64,000 nt of DNA, taken from positions 87,732,001 through 87,796,000 of the forward strand of contig CM059432.1 in the NCBI GenBank assembly GCA_030390025.1, in the 5' to 3' direction. The position numbers were made by a program, and so were the translations under genes. The notes below the pieces were generated by a model. The model did no database searches and had not been told where the DNA came from. It saw only the letters and a list, made by a program, of their open reading frames with translations. Positions 46,995 to 59,700 of the stretch are shown in pieces; position 1 is the first letter of the stretch; each line of letters opens with the position of its first letter. This stretch comes from Squalus acanthias (taxonomy: Eukaryota).

Positions 46995-48865
46995 TTTTTT
47001 TATTTATCGTTCATGGGATGCGGGCATCGCCAGCATTTATTGCCCATCCCTAGTTGCCTTTGAGAAGGTGGTGGTGAACCGCCTTCTTGAACCGCTGCAG
47101 TCCGTGTGGTGAAGGTACTCCCACAGTGCTGTTAGGGAGGGAGTTCCAGGATTTTGACCCAGCGACGATGAAGGAACGGCAATATATTTCCAAGTCAGGA
47201 TGGTGTGTGACTTGGAGGGGAACTTGGTTGTGGTGCTTTTCCCATGCACCTGCTGCCCTTGTCCTTCTAGGTGGTAGAGGTCGCAGGTTTGGGAGGTACT
47301 GTCGAAGAAGACTTGGCGAGTTGCTGCAGTGCATCTTGTAGATGGTACACATTGCAGCCACGGTGGTGGAGGGAGTAAATGTTTAAGGTGGTGGATGGGG
47401 TGCCAATCAAGCGGGCTGCTTTGTCTTGGATGGTATCGAGCTTCTTGAGTGTTGTTGGAGCTCCACTCATCCAGGCAAGTGGAGAGTATTCCATCACACT
47501 CCTGCCTTGTGCCTTGTAGATGGTGGAAAGGCGTTGGGGAGTCAGGAGGTGTGACACTCACCACAGAATACCCAGCCTCTGACCTGCTCTTGTTGCCATA
47601 GTATTTATGTGGCTGGTCCAGTTAAGTTTCTGGTCAATGGTGACCCCCATGATGTTGATGGTGGGGAATTTGGCGATGGTAATGCTGTTGAATGTCAAGG
47701 GGCAGTGGTTAGACACTCGCTTGTTGGAGATAGTCATTTTTGGCACTTGTGTGGCACGAATGTTACCTGCCACTTATCAGCCCAAGCCTGAATGTCGTCC
47801 AGATCTTGCTGCATGCGGGCATGGACTGCTTCATTATCTGAGGAGTTATGAATGGCACTGGACACTGTGCAGTCATCAGCGAACATCCCCACTTCTGACC
47901 TTATGATGGAGGGAAGGTCATTAATGAAGCAGCTGAACATATTGGGGCCAAGGACACTGCCCTGAGGAAATCCTGCAGCGATGTCCTGGGGCTGTGATGA
48001 TTGACCTCCAACCATCACAACCATCTTCCTTTGTGCTAGGCATGACTCCAGCCAGAGGAAAGTTTTGCCCTCGATTCCCATTGACTTCAGTTTTACTGGA
48101 GTTCCTTGATGCCACACTCGGTCAAATGCTACCTTGATGTCAGGGGCAGTCACTCTCACCTCCCCTCTGGAATTCAGCTCTTTTGTCCATGTTTGGACCA
48201 AGGCTGTAATGAGGTCTGGAGCCGAGTTTCCTAGCGGAACCCCAAACTGGGCATCAGTGAGCAGGTTATTGGTGATTAAGTGCTGCTTGATAGCACTGTC
48301 GACGACACCTTCCATCACTTTGCTGATGACTGAGAGTAGACTGATGGGGCGGTAATTGGCCGGATTGGATTTGTCCTGCTTTTTGTGGACAGGACATACC
48401 TGGGCAGTTTTCTACATTGTCGGATAGATGCCAGTGTTATAGCTGTACTGGAACAGCTTGGCGAGAGGCGTGGCTAGTTGTGGAGCACAAGTCTTCAGCA
48501 CGATAGCTGGGATGTTGTCAGGGCCCATAGCCTTTGCTGTTACCACTGCGCTCAGCCGTTTTGATATCACGTGGAGTAAATTGAATTGGCTGAAGACTGG
48601 CTTCAGTGATGGTGGGGACCTCAGGAGGAGGCCGATATGGATCATCCACTCGGCGCTTCTGGCTGAAGATGGTTGCAAACGCTTCAGCCTTGTCTTTTGC
48701 ACTCACGTGCTGGGCTCCACCATCATTAAGGATGGGGATATTCATGGAGTCTCCTCCTCCCGTTAGTTGTTTAATGGTCCACCACCATTCACGTGGCAGG
48801 ACTGCAGAGCTTTGATCTGATCCGTTGATTGTGGGGTTGCTTAGCTCTGTCTATAGCAGGCTGCT
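46995..48865 (-). mobile_element. LINE-B, 5'-truncated, inserted in a DeuSINE tail
   Basis: ORFs 47734-48318 and neighbours (MFADDCT, QGSVLGP). The flanks ttgcatttata / tagcacctttcatg rejoin as a minus-strand DeuSINE 3' end. Confidence 0.9.
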
Positions 48866-50504
48866 TATGTAGCACCTTTCATGTTCCCAGGAGGTCTCAA
48901 AGTGCTTCACAATCAATGAATTACTTTTGAAGTGTAATCATTGTTGTTTATAGGCAAATAATGTAAACTTGCTATATTTTGCACAGCAGACTTGCAACAT
49001 GTGCTACAGTCTTTAGGTAAAATTTGGCAGTGAATTAATATGGAATGTTAAAAATGGGATGATGTGAAACCATTTGGTCTTTATGATTTTTCCTTCTGTT
49101 GTCTCAGTTACACACTTGGAAGAATAAAAATGCAGATAGGCCTGCAGTGTGCAATTGCATATATCTTTTTACTTTTGGCTTTGTGTACATAATCATGAGC
49201 TACAGTCAGTTACTGTACAGAAACTAAACTATTCCATAGAGACAGAGATCAGCTCTAGCCAGGTTAGGAAAGACATCACTTTGTGGAAACATGTGTTGCC
49301 AGGAAACATGGATGTATCCTGTGGAGACAGGGGCCTAGAAATTCGGTTGTGTAGTGCCCATTGCTACGGGTGCCAAATTGGGTCCAAAATGGTGTCCGAG
49401 CAGCGCACGCACACTTCTGCTGCGGGCCACATCGGATGCCATCTTGGTGAGGGCAGTTGGGCAGGCGTTAGGAGCGTGCGCTGGAAGTATGGTAAGTAGG
49501 CAGATCGTGACGTCAATCAGCGTGCAACATGCTGCCCACGTGTGGTTGGGTTGCAGTGCGTAGTCATGAGCCAGGTGGTCAGCAGATAGCCCTTGTCGCC
49601 CAGTAGCCTCTGGTTTGTCGTGGTGGCTCAAAGACTGAGGGAACAGTGGACTGCCAACAGAATAAAAGCTTCATGAATGCTGCCAGGATACTGGGCGTTC
49701 ACCATCATGATGTGCTGAGCATGGTCGCACACCAACTGCACATTCAGCGAGTGGTAACCTTTGCGGTTGCGGTACATCTCAGCATTTATATACGGCGCCC
49801 ACAAAGCCATGTGCGTACAATCAGTGGCGCCCTGCACCATGGGGAAATCAGCAATCCTGGCAACCCACCATGCATGCTCTGACTGCTTCTCTCTGGGCAG
49901 AGAGAAGAAAATGAAGTCCCCTCTCCTGGCATAAAGAGAGTCTGTCGCCTCTCTTATGCAACCGGGAGATGTTACAGATGTCACCTGCTCCAACCTGGAA
50001 GGATCCCGATGCAAGGAAATTCAGTGCCACGGTCACCTTCACTGTCATTGGCAGCACTGTCCTTGCCCTGGTGTGAGGCTGCAGGTCTAGTTGCAAGGTT
50101 CTGTGAGCACTTCCTTGGTAAATCGCAGACTCCTCACACACTGCTCCTGGCTCAGGCTTATGTAAGAGAATTGCTCTCGGAAGACCCTAGGTGACAAGGC
50201 CTCCTGCCGAGAGTCCTTCTACACCCCCCTCTGTGAGCAGCTTGTCTTCTTCTTCGCTGCCTCTGCTCCATTTCCCTGTCATGCTGCAGGCCAAGGGGGA
50301 TGACAACTAGAGCACCCATGACTGGGAGCAAGTGGTCTGACCAGAACCCTTGAATTCAGAAGCAAGGCCTTCTCCACTTGCAGCACCACTCCCTGTCACC
50401 TCGCCAACTCTAGATAGCTCCAAACAGTTCTATAAACTTACAGTGAACTAACTTTAGAGTGGTTGCTGATTCCTTTAAATATTGCTGGTGGGAGGTCCTT
50501 GCTT

Positions 50505-50937
50505 TTTTTTAATTCATTCACAGGATGTGGGCATCACTGGCAAGGCCAGCATTTATTGCCCATCCCTACTTGCCCCTGGTGATGGTGAGCTGCCTTCTTG
50601 AACCATTGCAGTCTGTGTGGTCATACTTCTTTATAGTGGTATTGGTACAACTCAGAGGGCTGTTAAAAGTCAACCACATTGCTGTGGGTCTGGAATCACA
50701 TATAGGCCAGACCAGGTAAGAATGGCAGATTTCTTTTCCTAAAGGACATTAGTGAACCAGATGGGTTTTTAACAACAATCCAGTAGTTTCATGGTCACCA
50801 TTACTGATTCCAGATTTCTTTAATTAATGGAATTTAAATTCCCCAGCTGTTGTGTTGGGATTTGAACTCACTTCTCTGGATCATTAGTCCAGGCCTTTGG
50901 ATTACTAGTCTAGTAACATAACCACAATGCTACTGTT
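50505..50937 (-). mobile_element. tRNA-derived SINE sharing the LINE-B 3' tail
   Basis: tRNA-like head at ~50937-50860. The 3' part (ggatgtgggcatcactggcaaggccagcatttattgcccatccct on +) matches the LINE-B ends at ~3010 and ~47015. Confidence 0.8.
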
Positions 50938-50944
50938 CCTAGTT

Positions 50945-53900
50945 GCTGCTGGTGAATGCTTGTTCTTTGCTTTGCTTGAGTAGCTGGTAAGTGTTTCCAG
51001 TTAATAGTCTATTAATAAAGGCATGGCAGGGCTGCTCAGTCCCATGGAATGCACATCCTGTGCTATGTGGGGACTCCAGGATGCTTCCCATGTCCTGGAC
51101 AACCACATGTGCAGGAAGTGTCGTCAGCTGGAGGAGCTCGAGCTCTGCGTTTTGGAGCTTGAGCAGCAGTTGGCGTCACTGCGGTGCATCCATGAGGTTG
51201 AGAGCTTCGTGGATAGCATATTTCAGGAGGTGGTCACTTTGCAGATAAAGAGTGTGCAAGCAGAAAGGATATGGGTGACCACCAGACAGAAGAGGAGGAC
51301 CAGGCAGGTAGTGCAGGAGTCCCCTGAGTGCATCTCGCTCTCCAACCAGTATTCGGTTCTGAGTACTGGTGAGGGCGATGGTTTCTCTGGGGAGTGTAGC
51401 CAGAACCAAGTCTGTGGCACCACGGGTGGCTCAGCTGTACAGTGGGGGAGGAAGAAGAGTGGGAAAGCAATAGTGGTAGGGGATTCGATAGTTAGGGGAG
51501 CAGACAGGCATTTCTGCGGCCGCAGACGTGACTCCAGGATGGTATGTTGCCTCCCTGATGCCAGGGTCAAGGATGTCACCAAGCGGCTACAGAACATTCT
51601 GAGGCGGGAGGGTGAACAGCCAGAGGTCATGGTCCATATCGGTACCAACGACATAGGTAGAAAGAGGGATGAGGTCCTGCAGGCAGAGTTTAGGGAGTTA
51701 GGAAAGAGATTAAAAAGCAGGACCTCAAAGGTAGTAATCTCCGGATTACTCCCGGTGCCATGCGTAAGTGAGTATAGAAATAGGAGGATAGAGCAGATGT
51801 GTGGCTGGAGAGATAGTGCAGGAGGAAGGGCTTTAGATTCCTGGGGCATTGGGACTGGTTCTGGGGGAGGTGGGACCTATACAGGCCGGACGGGTTGCAC
51901 CTCAACAGGGCCGGAACCAATATCCTCGCGGGGAGGTTTGCTAGTGCTGTTGGGGAGGGTTTAAACTAATTTGGCAGGGGGTTGGGCACCAGGATGTAAC
52001 ATTAGAAAGGGGAAATAAAGTGCTCAAAGGATTGGGAGAAGCAGAGAGCACTAAAGTAAGAAATAGTAAGGTATTAGGGGGGGTCAAACTAAGAGAGAAT
52101 ACAGGATGGTCTAAGATGGGTTTACAGTGTATGTATGTGAACGCACGATGCGTAGTAAACAAGGTAAGTGAGCTGCAGGCACAAATAGCCACATGGAAAT
52201 ATGATGTTGTGGCAATAACTGAGACCTGGCTCAAAAAAAGGCAGGATTGGGTGTTAAATATTCCTGGTTATAAAGTGATCAGGAAAGATAGGGAAGGAAA
52301 GATAGGAGGTGGTGTGGCAGTATTGGTCAAGGAGAATGTTACAGTGTTGGAGAGGGAGGATGTCCTGGAGGGGTAAAGGACAGAATCTATATGGCTAGAG
52401 TTAAGAAATAATAGAGGTGCTATTACACTGCTAGTTGTATTCTATAGAGCACCAAATAGTGGGAAAGATATGGAGGAGCAAATTTGCAGAGAAATTTCAG
52501 AGAGGTGCAAGAACTATAGAGTATTGATAATGGGGGACTTCAACTATCCTAATATAGACTGGGATCGTAATAGTGTTAAGAACAGAGAAGGGAAGAATTT
52601 GTGAAGTGTGTTGAGGAGGACTTTCTTGATTAGCAGGTTTCTGGCCAATGAGGAAGGAGGCATTGCTTGATCTGGTTCTGGTGAATGAAGTAGGTCAAGT
52701 GGAGCAAGTGTCAGTAAGTGAACATTTAGGGAACAGTGATCATAGTATCATAAGGTTTAGATTAGCTATGGAAAGGGCAGGGAGTAATCTAGAGTAAAAA
52801 TGTTTAACTGGGAGAAAGCCAATTTCAGTGGGATGAGAATGGATCTGGCCTGGGTAAACTGGAATCAAAGATTGGCAGGCAAAACTGTAATGGAACAATG
52901 GGCTGCCTTCAAAGAGGAAATCGTTCAGGTACAGTTGAGGAGCATTCCCACTAGGGGGAAAGGCAGGGCAACTAATGTCAGGGCTCCCTGGATGATGAAA
53001 GAGATAGAGAATATGATGACGCAGAAAAAGAGCACGTATGACAGATGTCAGGTTGCAAATACATCTGAGAATTAGGCTATATATAGAAAGGTCAGAGGAG
53101 AAGTGAAAAAGAAAATAAGGGGGCAAAGAGAGAGTATGAGAATAGAATGGCAGCTAACATAAAAGGTAATCCAAAAGTCTTCTATAGGCATACAATTAGC
53201 AAAAGGGTAGTAAGAGGAGGGGTGGGGCCGATTAGGGACCAAAAAGGAGACCTATGCATGGAGGCAGAGGGTATGGCTGAGGTACTAAACGAGCACCTTG
53301 CATCTGTCTTCACCAAGGAAGAGGATGCTGCCATAGACATAGTAAAGGAGGAGGTAGTGGAGATACTTGATAGGATAAAAATTGATAAAGAGGAGGTATT
53401 AGAAAAGCTGTCTATACTTAAAGTAGATAAATCACCAGGAGCGGATGGGATGCATCCTAGGATGCTGAGGGAATTGAGGGAGGAAATCGCGGAGGTACTG
53501 GCCATAATCTTCCAATTCTCCTTAGATACGGGGGTGGTGCCAGAGGACTGGGGAATTGCAAATGTTACACCCTTGTTCAAAAAAGGGTGTAAAGATAAAC
53601 CCAGCAACTACAGGCTAGTCAGTTTGACCTTGGTAGTGGGGAAGCTTTTAGAAACAGTAATCAGGGACAAAATTAACAGTCAGGGAAGGTTGAGAAAGCA
53701 GTTAAAAGGCTTACGGGATCCTGGGCTTCATGAATAGAGGTATAGAGTACAAAAGTGTGGAAATTATGATGAACCTGTATAAAACACTGGTTCACACCAA
53801 CTGGAGTACTGTGTCCAATTCTGGGCACCACATTTTAGGACGGATGTGAAGGCCTTAGAGAGGGTGCAGAAAAGATTTACGAGAATGATTCCAGGAATGA

Positions 53901-54364
53901 GGGACTTCAGTTACGTGGATAGACTGAAGAAGCTGGGGTTGTTCTCCTTGGAGCAGAGAAGATTGAGAGGAGATTTGATAGAGGTGCTCAAAATCATGAG
54001 GGGTCTGGACAGAGTAGATAGAGGGAAACTGTTCCCATTGGTGGAAGGGTTGAGAACCAGAGGACACAGATTTAAGGTGATTGGCAAAAGAACCAAAGGC
54101 GACGTAAGAAAAATCTCTTACGCAACGAGTGGTTGAGATCTGGAATGCACTGCCTGAAACGCTGGTGGAGGCAGGTTCAATCACAGCTTTCAAAACGGAG
54201 TCGGCTAAGTATCTGACGGAAAGAAATTTGCAGGGCTACGCGGAAAGGGCGGGGGAGTGGGAATAGCTGAAGTGCTCTTTCAGAGAGCCAGCATGGGCTC
54301 GATGGGCTGAATGGCCTTCTTCCGTGCTGTAACCATTCTATGATTCTGTGATTCTATGATTCTA
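50945..54364 (+). mobile_element. CR1 LINE with ORF1 and degenerate ORF2 (RT core deleted at ~53680)
   Basis: ORF1 at 51023 (CTSC..CRKC, leucine zipper, GDSIVR, HIGTND), APE/RT fragments, a jump from RDKINS into the C-terminal region, and an (ATTCTATG)n tail. Confidence 0.92.
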
Positions 54365-54574
54365 GGTTAGCACAGGGCATTAGCTCCAGTGTTGAGGACA
54401 AAAATGGCAGATAGACATCACGATCTGCCTACTCAACATATTTCCAGTGCACGTTCCTAACGCCCGCCCTACCGCCCTCACCAAGATGGCGTCCGGTGCA
54501 GCACGCACCAGAAGTGTGCACACAGCGCAGACACCATTTTGGGCACTACGGAAATGGATTTCTAGCCCTAATTA

Positions 54575-55260
54575 ATTCATCTTCCCATGGATCCTAGGAG
54601 CCAGTGTAAAAGGGCTGTGCATTTTGCAGCCATTGCAGGGTTCCACATAGTGCCATTGACTGCACACCCGTGACTGCACCCCGTGTCCAGCACCTTCATC
54701 AACCATAAAGGTTCACTCCCATAATGTCCAGTTGGTATGTAACCACCGGCAACGGTTCATGCAGGTGTGCGCCTGTTTTCCAGGCAGCTCTCACGATGCC
54801 TACATCATACAGCAGTCCAGCATTCTCCCTTTCTTTGACAATGAGAAACATGTGACAGGCTGGCTGCTTGGAGAAAAGGGATATTCCCTCCAGACTTAGC
54901 TGATGACCCCACTCCAAAACCCAGAGACGCCTACGGACATCAGATAGAACTACAGTCCCGACTCAAACGGAGCCATCATTCAACAGTTGATAGGAGGCCT
55001 TAAACAAGAATTCAGCTGACTGGATCGGTCTGGATGTTCCCTATGGTACAGTCCTGAGAAAGTGTTGAGGATAGTAAAGGTGGTGTGCTGCCTTCTGCAC
55101 ATCAGGAGAGCTAATATTGCCAACAGATTAAGAGGACCATCTGCCACATCAAGAGGAGGAAGCTGATGAGCCAAAGGATGCAGCTGCAGTGGGAGGTTTC
55201 CAACATCAGGCTGCAGCCAGAGCTATACACCAGAAACTCATTGCACATTGCTTCACCTAA
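54575..55260 (+). pseudogene. Degenerate Harbinger transposase
   Basis: IFPMD...FAAIAGF...IDCT...[28 protein letters not shown]...GWLLGEKG...LMTPLQNP...VVCCLLH. Confidence 0.85.
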
Positions 55261-55497
55261 ACTGCTCCTTACTCCCCCACCCCTACCTTCAGCCCTCCAT
55301 TTCCCACCAGAACATCATTTAAACCAATCCATCCACTCGCCAATAAAGAACTTCCATCCCACTGACCATCATTCATATATGGGCCATCTGGCTTTGTTGA
55401 GTCCACAGCTACTGCTGAAACACTGTTTGAGAATTGTTTTAAACACGTTAATTATGATAGATTTTCTTTATTTGTGCTAGTTGTGTTCTATCTTTCA

Positions 55498-55635
55498 GGG
55501 TAATTTTAACTTATATCACCAAGCAAAAAACAAGTGATAGTAAATCGGCAGCCCGTTTTATACCTTGTCCGAGTTTCTATTCCATTTTGATGCTGATTTG
55601 CTTCTGTTGTTCGGCGATAAAAGTTAAAATTACCC
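55498..55635. mobile_element. Small MITE-like element
   Basis: 23-bp terminal inverted repeat with 21/23 match (GGGTAATTTTAACTTATATCACC). TSD unclear. Confidence 0.6.
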
Positions 55636-56744
55636 ATTTATCTTTTTCAACCATCTGGAAACAATAGGGGTATTATAAATAATAGCTAACAGAAACTGGC
55701 TACCAATATGATCAAATCAGGCACCTTTGTAATCTTTTTCATCAAAGGCACTTTTTATGTATAAAAGTCAAAAAGGAACTACTATACATATATTTGTGAT
55801 CATATTGCTGTGAATATGATTAATCAGATTGTTACAAGAGTACTTTGGATTCCCTGTTTTTTAAGCTGCACATAATTGCACACACTTTCGGATGGTATTT
55901 TCTTTATTGATTCAATGGCGACTGCTGCTCCATTCATTTATTAATTCATTGTAGTTTACTTAGCTGTGCCACGGTGTTCGTTAGCATCTTTTGATAATGT
56001 CAGTGACTCGCAATGCGTATAGCTTATGTTCTGTTCTGTGGGTTCACTTCTCTTATGGCAATTATATGATGTCAAAAAAACAACAAAGCATTTTATTCCA
56101 ATATAAGCTCTCCAGTTTATTCTATTCGTTTTTAAGCATCATGTTATTGTAGTAGCAGCTTCTGTTGTCCACATTCTGTGGGACCATCAAGATAAGACTT
56201 TCAACACTGTATATGGTTTTAATTCTCATGTGCAATGCCATGGGAAATCCACTAGTTAGTATGTAAAATTAAAAGGAAAAAATCTTAAATGTAAAAGTTT
56301 AAAATTAGGTTACCTTGGAGGAAAAATCAGTTGGGGGAGGAAAAATAATCAATATGGCCGCAGTGCTGGGGCAGACAGACCACAAACTAGGACCCAGAAC
56401 CACCGGGTGGCCATAGTGTGTAATTACAATCTCAACGGCTAACAGCAGATTTCAATGTAAAATGTGAACATAGGAATTTATAATGGAACATGTGTGATCA
56501 AAAAATGTAACACCCAGAAGTAAGGTTTGTAAACAAATAATGCACGTAAGTTTTAAATCAGATATTAATCAATCTCCCATGGTATTGTACACAGTAAATC
56601 AGAGATTATTGTCACTCTCTTACCAGTCTGTTGTCTATGCGTTTCTGTTTCTCCCTGTCTCACCTGTTTTGCTTCAGTCTCTCTCTTTTCTTCTCTTTTT
56701 CCCTTATCTCTTCGTTTCTCTATCTTTTTCTATCATCTTTTGTT

Positions 56745-59700
56745 TTCATAGAATCACAATAGAATCATAGAATGTTTAGAGCATGGAAGAAGGCCATTCG
56801 GCCCATCGAGCCCATGCCGGCTCTCAGCTAGTCCCACTCCCCTGCCCTTTCCCTGTAGCCCTGCAAATTTTTTCCTTCAGGTACTCATCCAACTCCCTTT
56901 TGAAAGCTGTGATTGAGTCTGCCTCCACCACCCTTTCAGGCAGTGCATTCCAGATCCTAAGCACTCGTTACGTAAAAAAGTTTTTCCTCATGTCGCCTTT
57001 GGTTCTTCTGCCAATCACCTTAAATCTATGTCCTCTGGTTCTCGACCCTTCTGCCAATGGGAACAGTTTCTCTCTATCTACTCTGTCCAGACCCCTCATG
57101 ATTTTGAACACTGTTATCAAATCTCCTCTCAATCTTCTCTGCTCTAAGGGGAACTACACCAGCTTCTCCAGTCTATCCACGTAACTGAAGTCCCTCATTC
57201 CTGGAATCATTCTCGTAAATCTTTTCTGCACCCTCTCTAAGGCCTTCACACCCTTCCTAAAGTGCGGTGCCCAGAATTGGACACAATACTCCAGCTGCGG
57301 CCAAACCAGTGTTTTATACAGGTTCATCATAATTTCCACGCTTTTGTACTCTATGCCTCTATTCATAAAGCCCAGTATCCCATAAGATTTTTTAACTGCT
57401 TTCTCAACCTGCCCTGCCACCTTCAACAATTTGTGCACATATACCCCTAGGTCTCTCTGTTCATGCACCCCCTTTAGGATTGTACCCTTTAGTTTGTATT
57501 TCCTCTCTTCATTCGGGAGGCAGAGGAGGTCATAGATAGAAGCTTCAGGGATGTAATTACTCCAAAGCATGAAGATAGATGGGTGACGGTGAGAGGGGCT
57601 AGGAGGAAGCAGTCAGTGCAGGGATCCTCTGTGGTCGTTCCCCTCAGTAACAGGTATACCGCTTTGAATACTGTTGAGGGGGACGACTTACCAGTGGTAA
57701 GCCACGGTGACCGGATCTCCGGCGCTGGGTCCGTCCCTGTGGCTCAGAAGGGAAGGGGGGAGAGCAGGAGAGCAATAGTTATTGGGGACTCAATAGTCAG
57801 AGGGACAGATAGGAGGTTCTGTGGCAGCAAAAGAGACTCACGGATGGTATGTTGCCTCCCGGGTGCCAGGGTCCGTGACGTCTCGGACCGTGTTTTCAGA
57901 ATCCTCAAAGGGGAAGGGGAACAATCACAAGTCGTGGTACACATCGGTACCAACGACATAGGTAGGAGAAAGGACGGGGATTTAAAACAGGAATTTAGGA
58001 AGCTGAGAGCCAGTACAAACCATGTTGTAATTTCTGGTTTGTTGCCGGTGCCACGTGCTAGCGAGTTGAGGAACAGGGAGAGAGTGCAGATAAACACGTG
58101 GCTGCAGGGATGGTGTAGGGGGGAGGGTTTCAGTTATGTGGATAATTGGAGCACATTCTGGGGAAGGTGGGACCTGTACAAACAGGACGGTTTGCACCTG
58201 AACCAGAGGGGCACCAATATCCTGGGAGGGAAATTTGCTACGGCTCTTCGGGGGGGTTTAAACTAATTTGTCAGGGGGATGGGAAAAAGGGCTGTAGTCC
58301 ACGAGCCAGTGGTGAGTGTAGGGAGGTACTGAGGAGGGTATCAAGGTCGCAGGAATGTACCGGCAGACAGGAAGATGGCTTGAAGTGTGTCTACTTCAAT
58401 GCAAGGAGCATCCGGAATAAGGTAGGAGAACTTGGAGCGTGGATTGGTACTTGGGACTACGATGTGGTGGCCATTACGGAGACATGGTTAGAACAGGGAC
58501 AGGAATGGTTGTTGGAAGTTCCGGGGTATAGATGTTTCAGTAAGAGTAGGGAAGTTGGTAAGAAAGGTGGAGGAGTAGCATTGTTAATCAAGGATAGTTT
58601 AACAGCGGCAGAAAGGCAGTTCGAGGGGGATCTGCCGTCTGAGGTAATATGGGCTGAAGTTAGAAATAGGAAAGGAGCGGTCACGTTGTTAGGAGTTTTC
58701 TACAGGCCCCCAAATAGTAATAAAGATGTGGAGGAAGAAATTGCAAAGCAGATTATGAATAGGTGTGGAGGTCACAGAGTAGTTGTCATGGGTGACTTCA
58801 ACTTTCCAAATATTGATTGGAACCTTTATAGGTCAAACAGTTCGGATGGGATAGTTTTTGCACAGTGCGTGCAGGAGGGTTTCCTGACACAATATGTGGA
58901 TAGGCCGACAAGAGGTGGGGCCACGTTGGATTTGGTACTGGGTAATGAACCGGGCCAAGTGTTTGATTTGTATGTGGGAGAGCACTTTGGAGATAGTGAC
59001 CACAATTCAGTAACTTTCACTATTGCAATGGAGAGGGATAGGGCCATACGGCAGGGCAGGGTTTATAATTGGGGGAGGGGTAATTATGATGCGATTAGGC
59101 AAGAATTAGGGAGTATAAGATGGGAACAGAAACTATCAGGGAAAGGCACAAACGAAAAGTGGAGCTTTTTCATGGAGCAATTACTGCGTGTCCTTGATAG
59201 GTAGGTCCCTGTCAGGCAGGGAGGAAATGGCCGAGTGAGAGAAACATGGTTCACAAAAGAGGTTGAATGTCTAGTCAAGAGGAAAAAGGAAGCGTATGTA
59301 AGGATGAGAAAACAAGGTTCAGTTGGGTCGATTGAGGGGTACAAGGTAGCAAGGAATGAGCTAAAAAAAGAGCTTAGGAGAGCTAGGAGGGGGCATGAGA
59401 AGTCCTTGGCGGGTCGGATCAAGAAAAACCCCAAGGCATTTTACTCTTATGTGAGAAATAAAAGAATGACCAGGGTGAGGGTAGGGCCAGTCAAGGACAG
59501 TAGTGGGAACTTGTGCATGGAGTCAGAAGAGATAGGAGAGGTGATGAATGAATACTTTTTGTCAGTGTTCACCGAGGAGAGGGGCCATGTTCTTGAGGAT
59601 GAGAGTGTGATAAAGGTGGATAGGCTGGAGGTGGTAGATGTTCTGAGGGAAGATATTTTAGCAATTTTGAAGAACCTGAGGGTTGATAAGTCCCCTGGGC

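Larger units (their letters stand above)
49330..54569 (-). mobile_element. Internally deleted Harbinger element hosting a SINE and a CR1
   Basis: Imperfect TIRs ggggcctagaaattc..gtagtgccca / tgggcactac..atttctagccct. Transposase relic at 49560-50320 (VKVTVALNFLASGSFQ, GATDCTH, NRKGYHSLNVQLVCDH). Confidence 0.8.
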
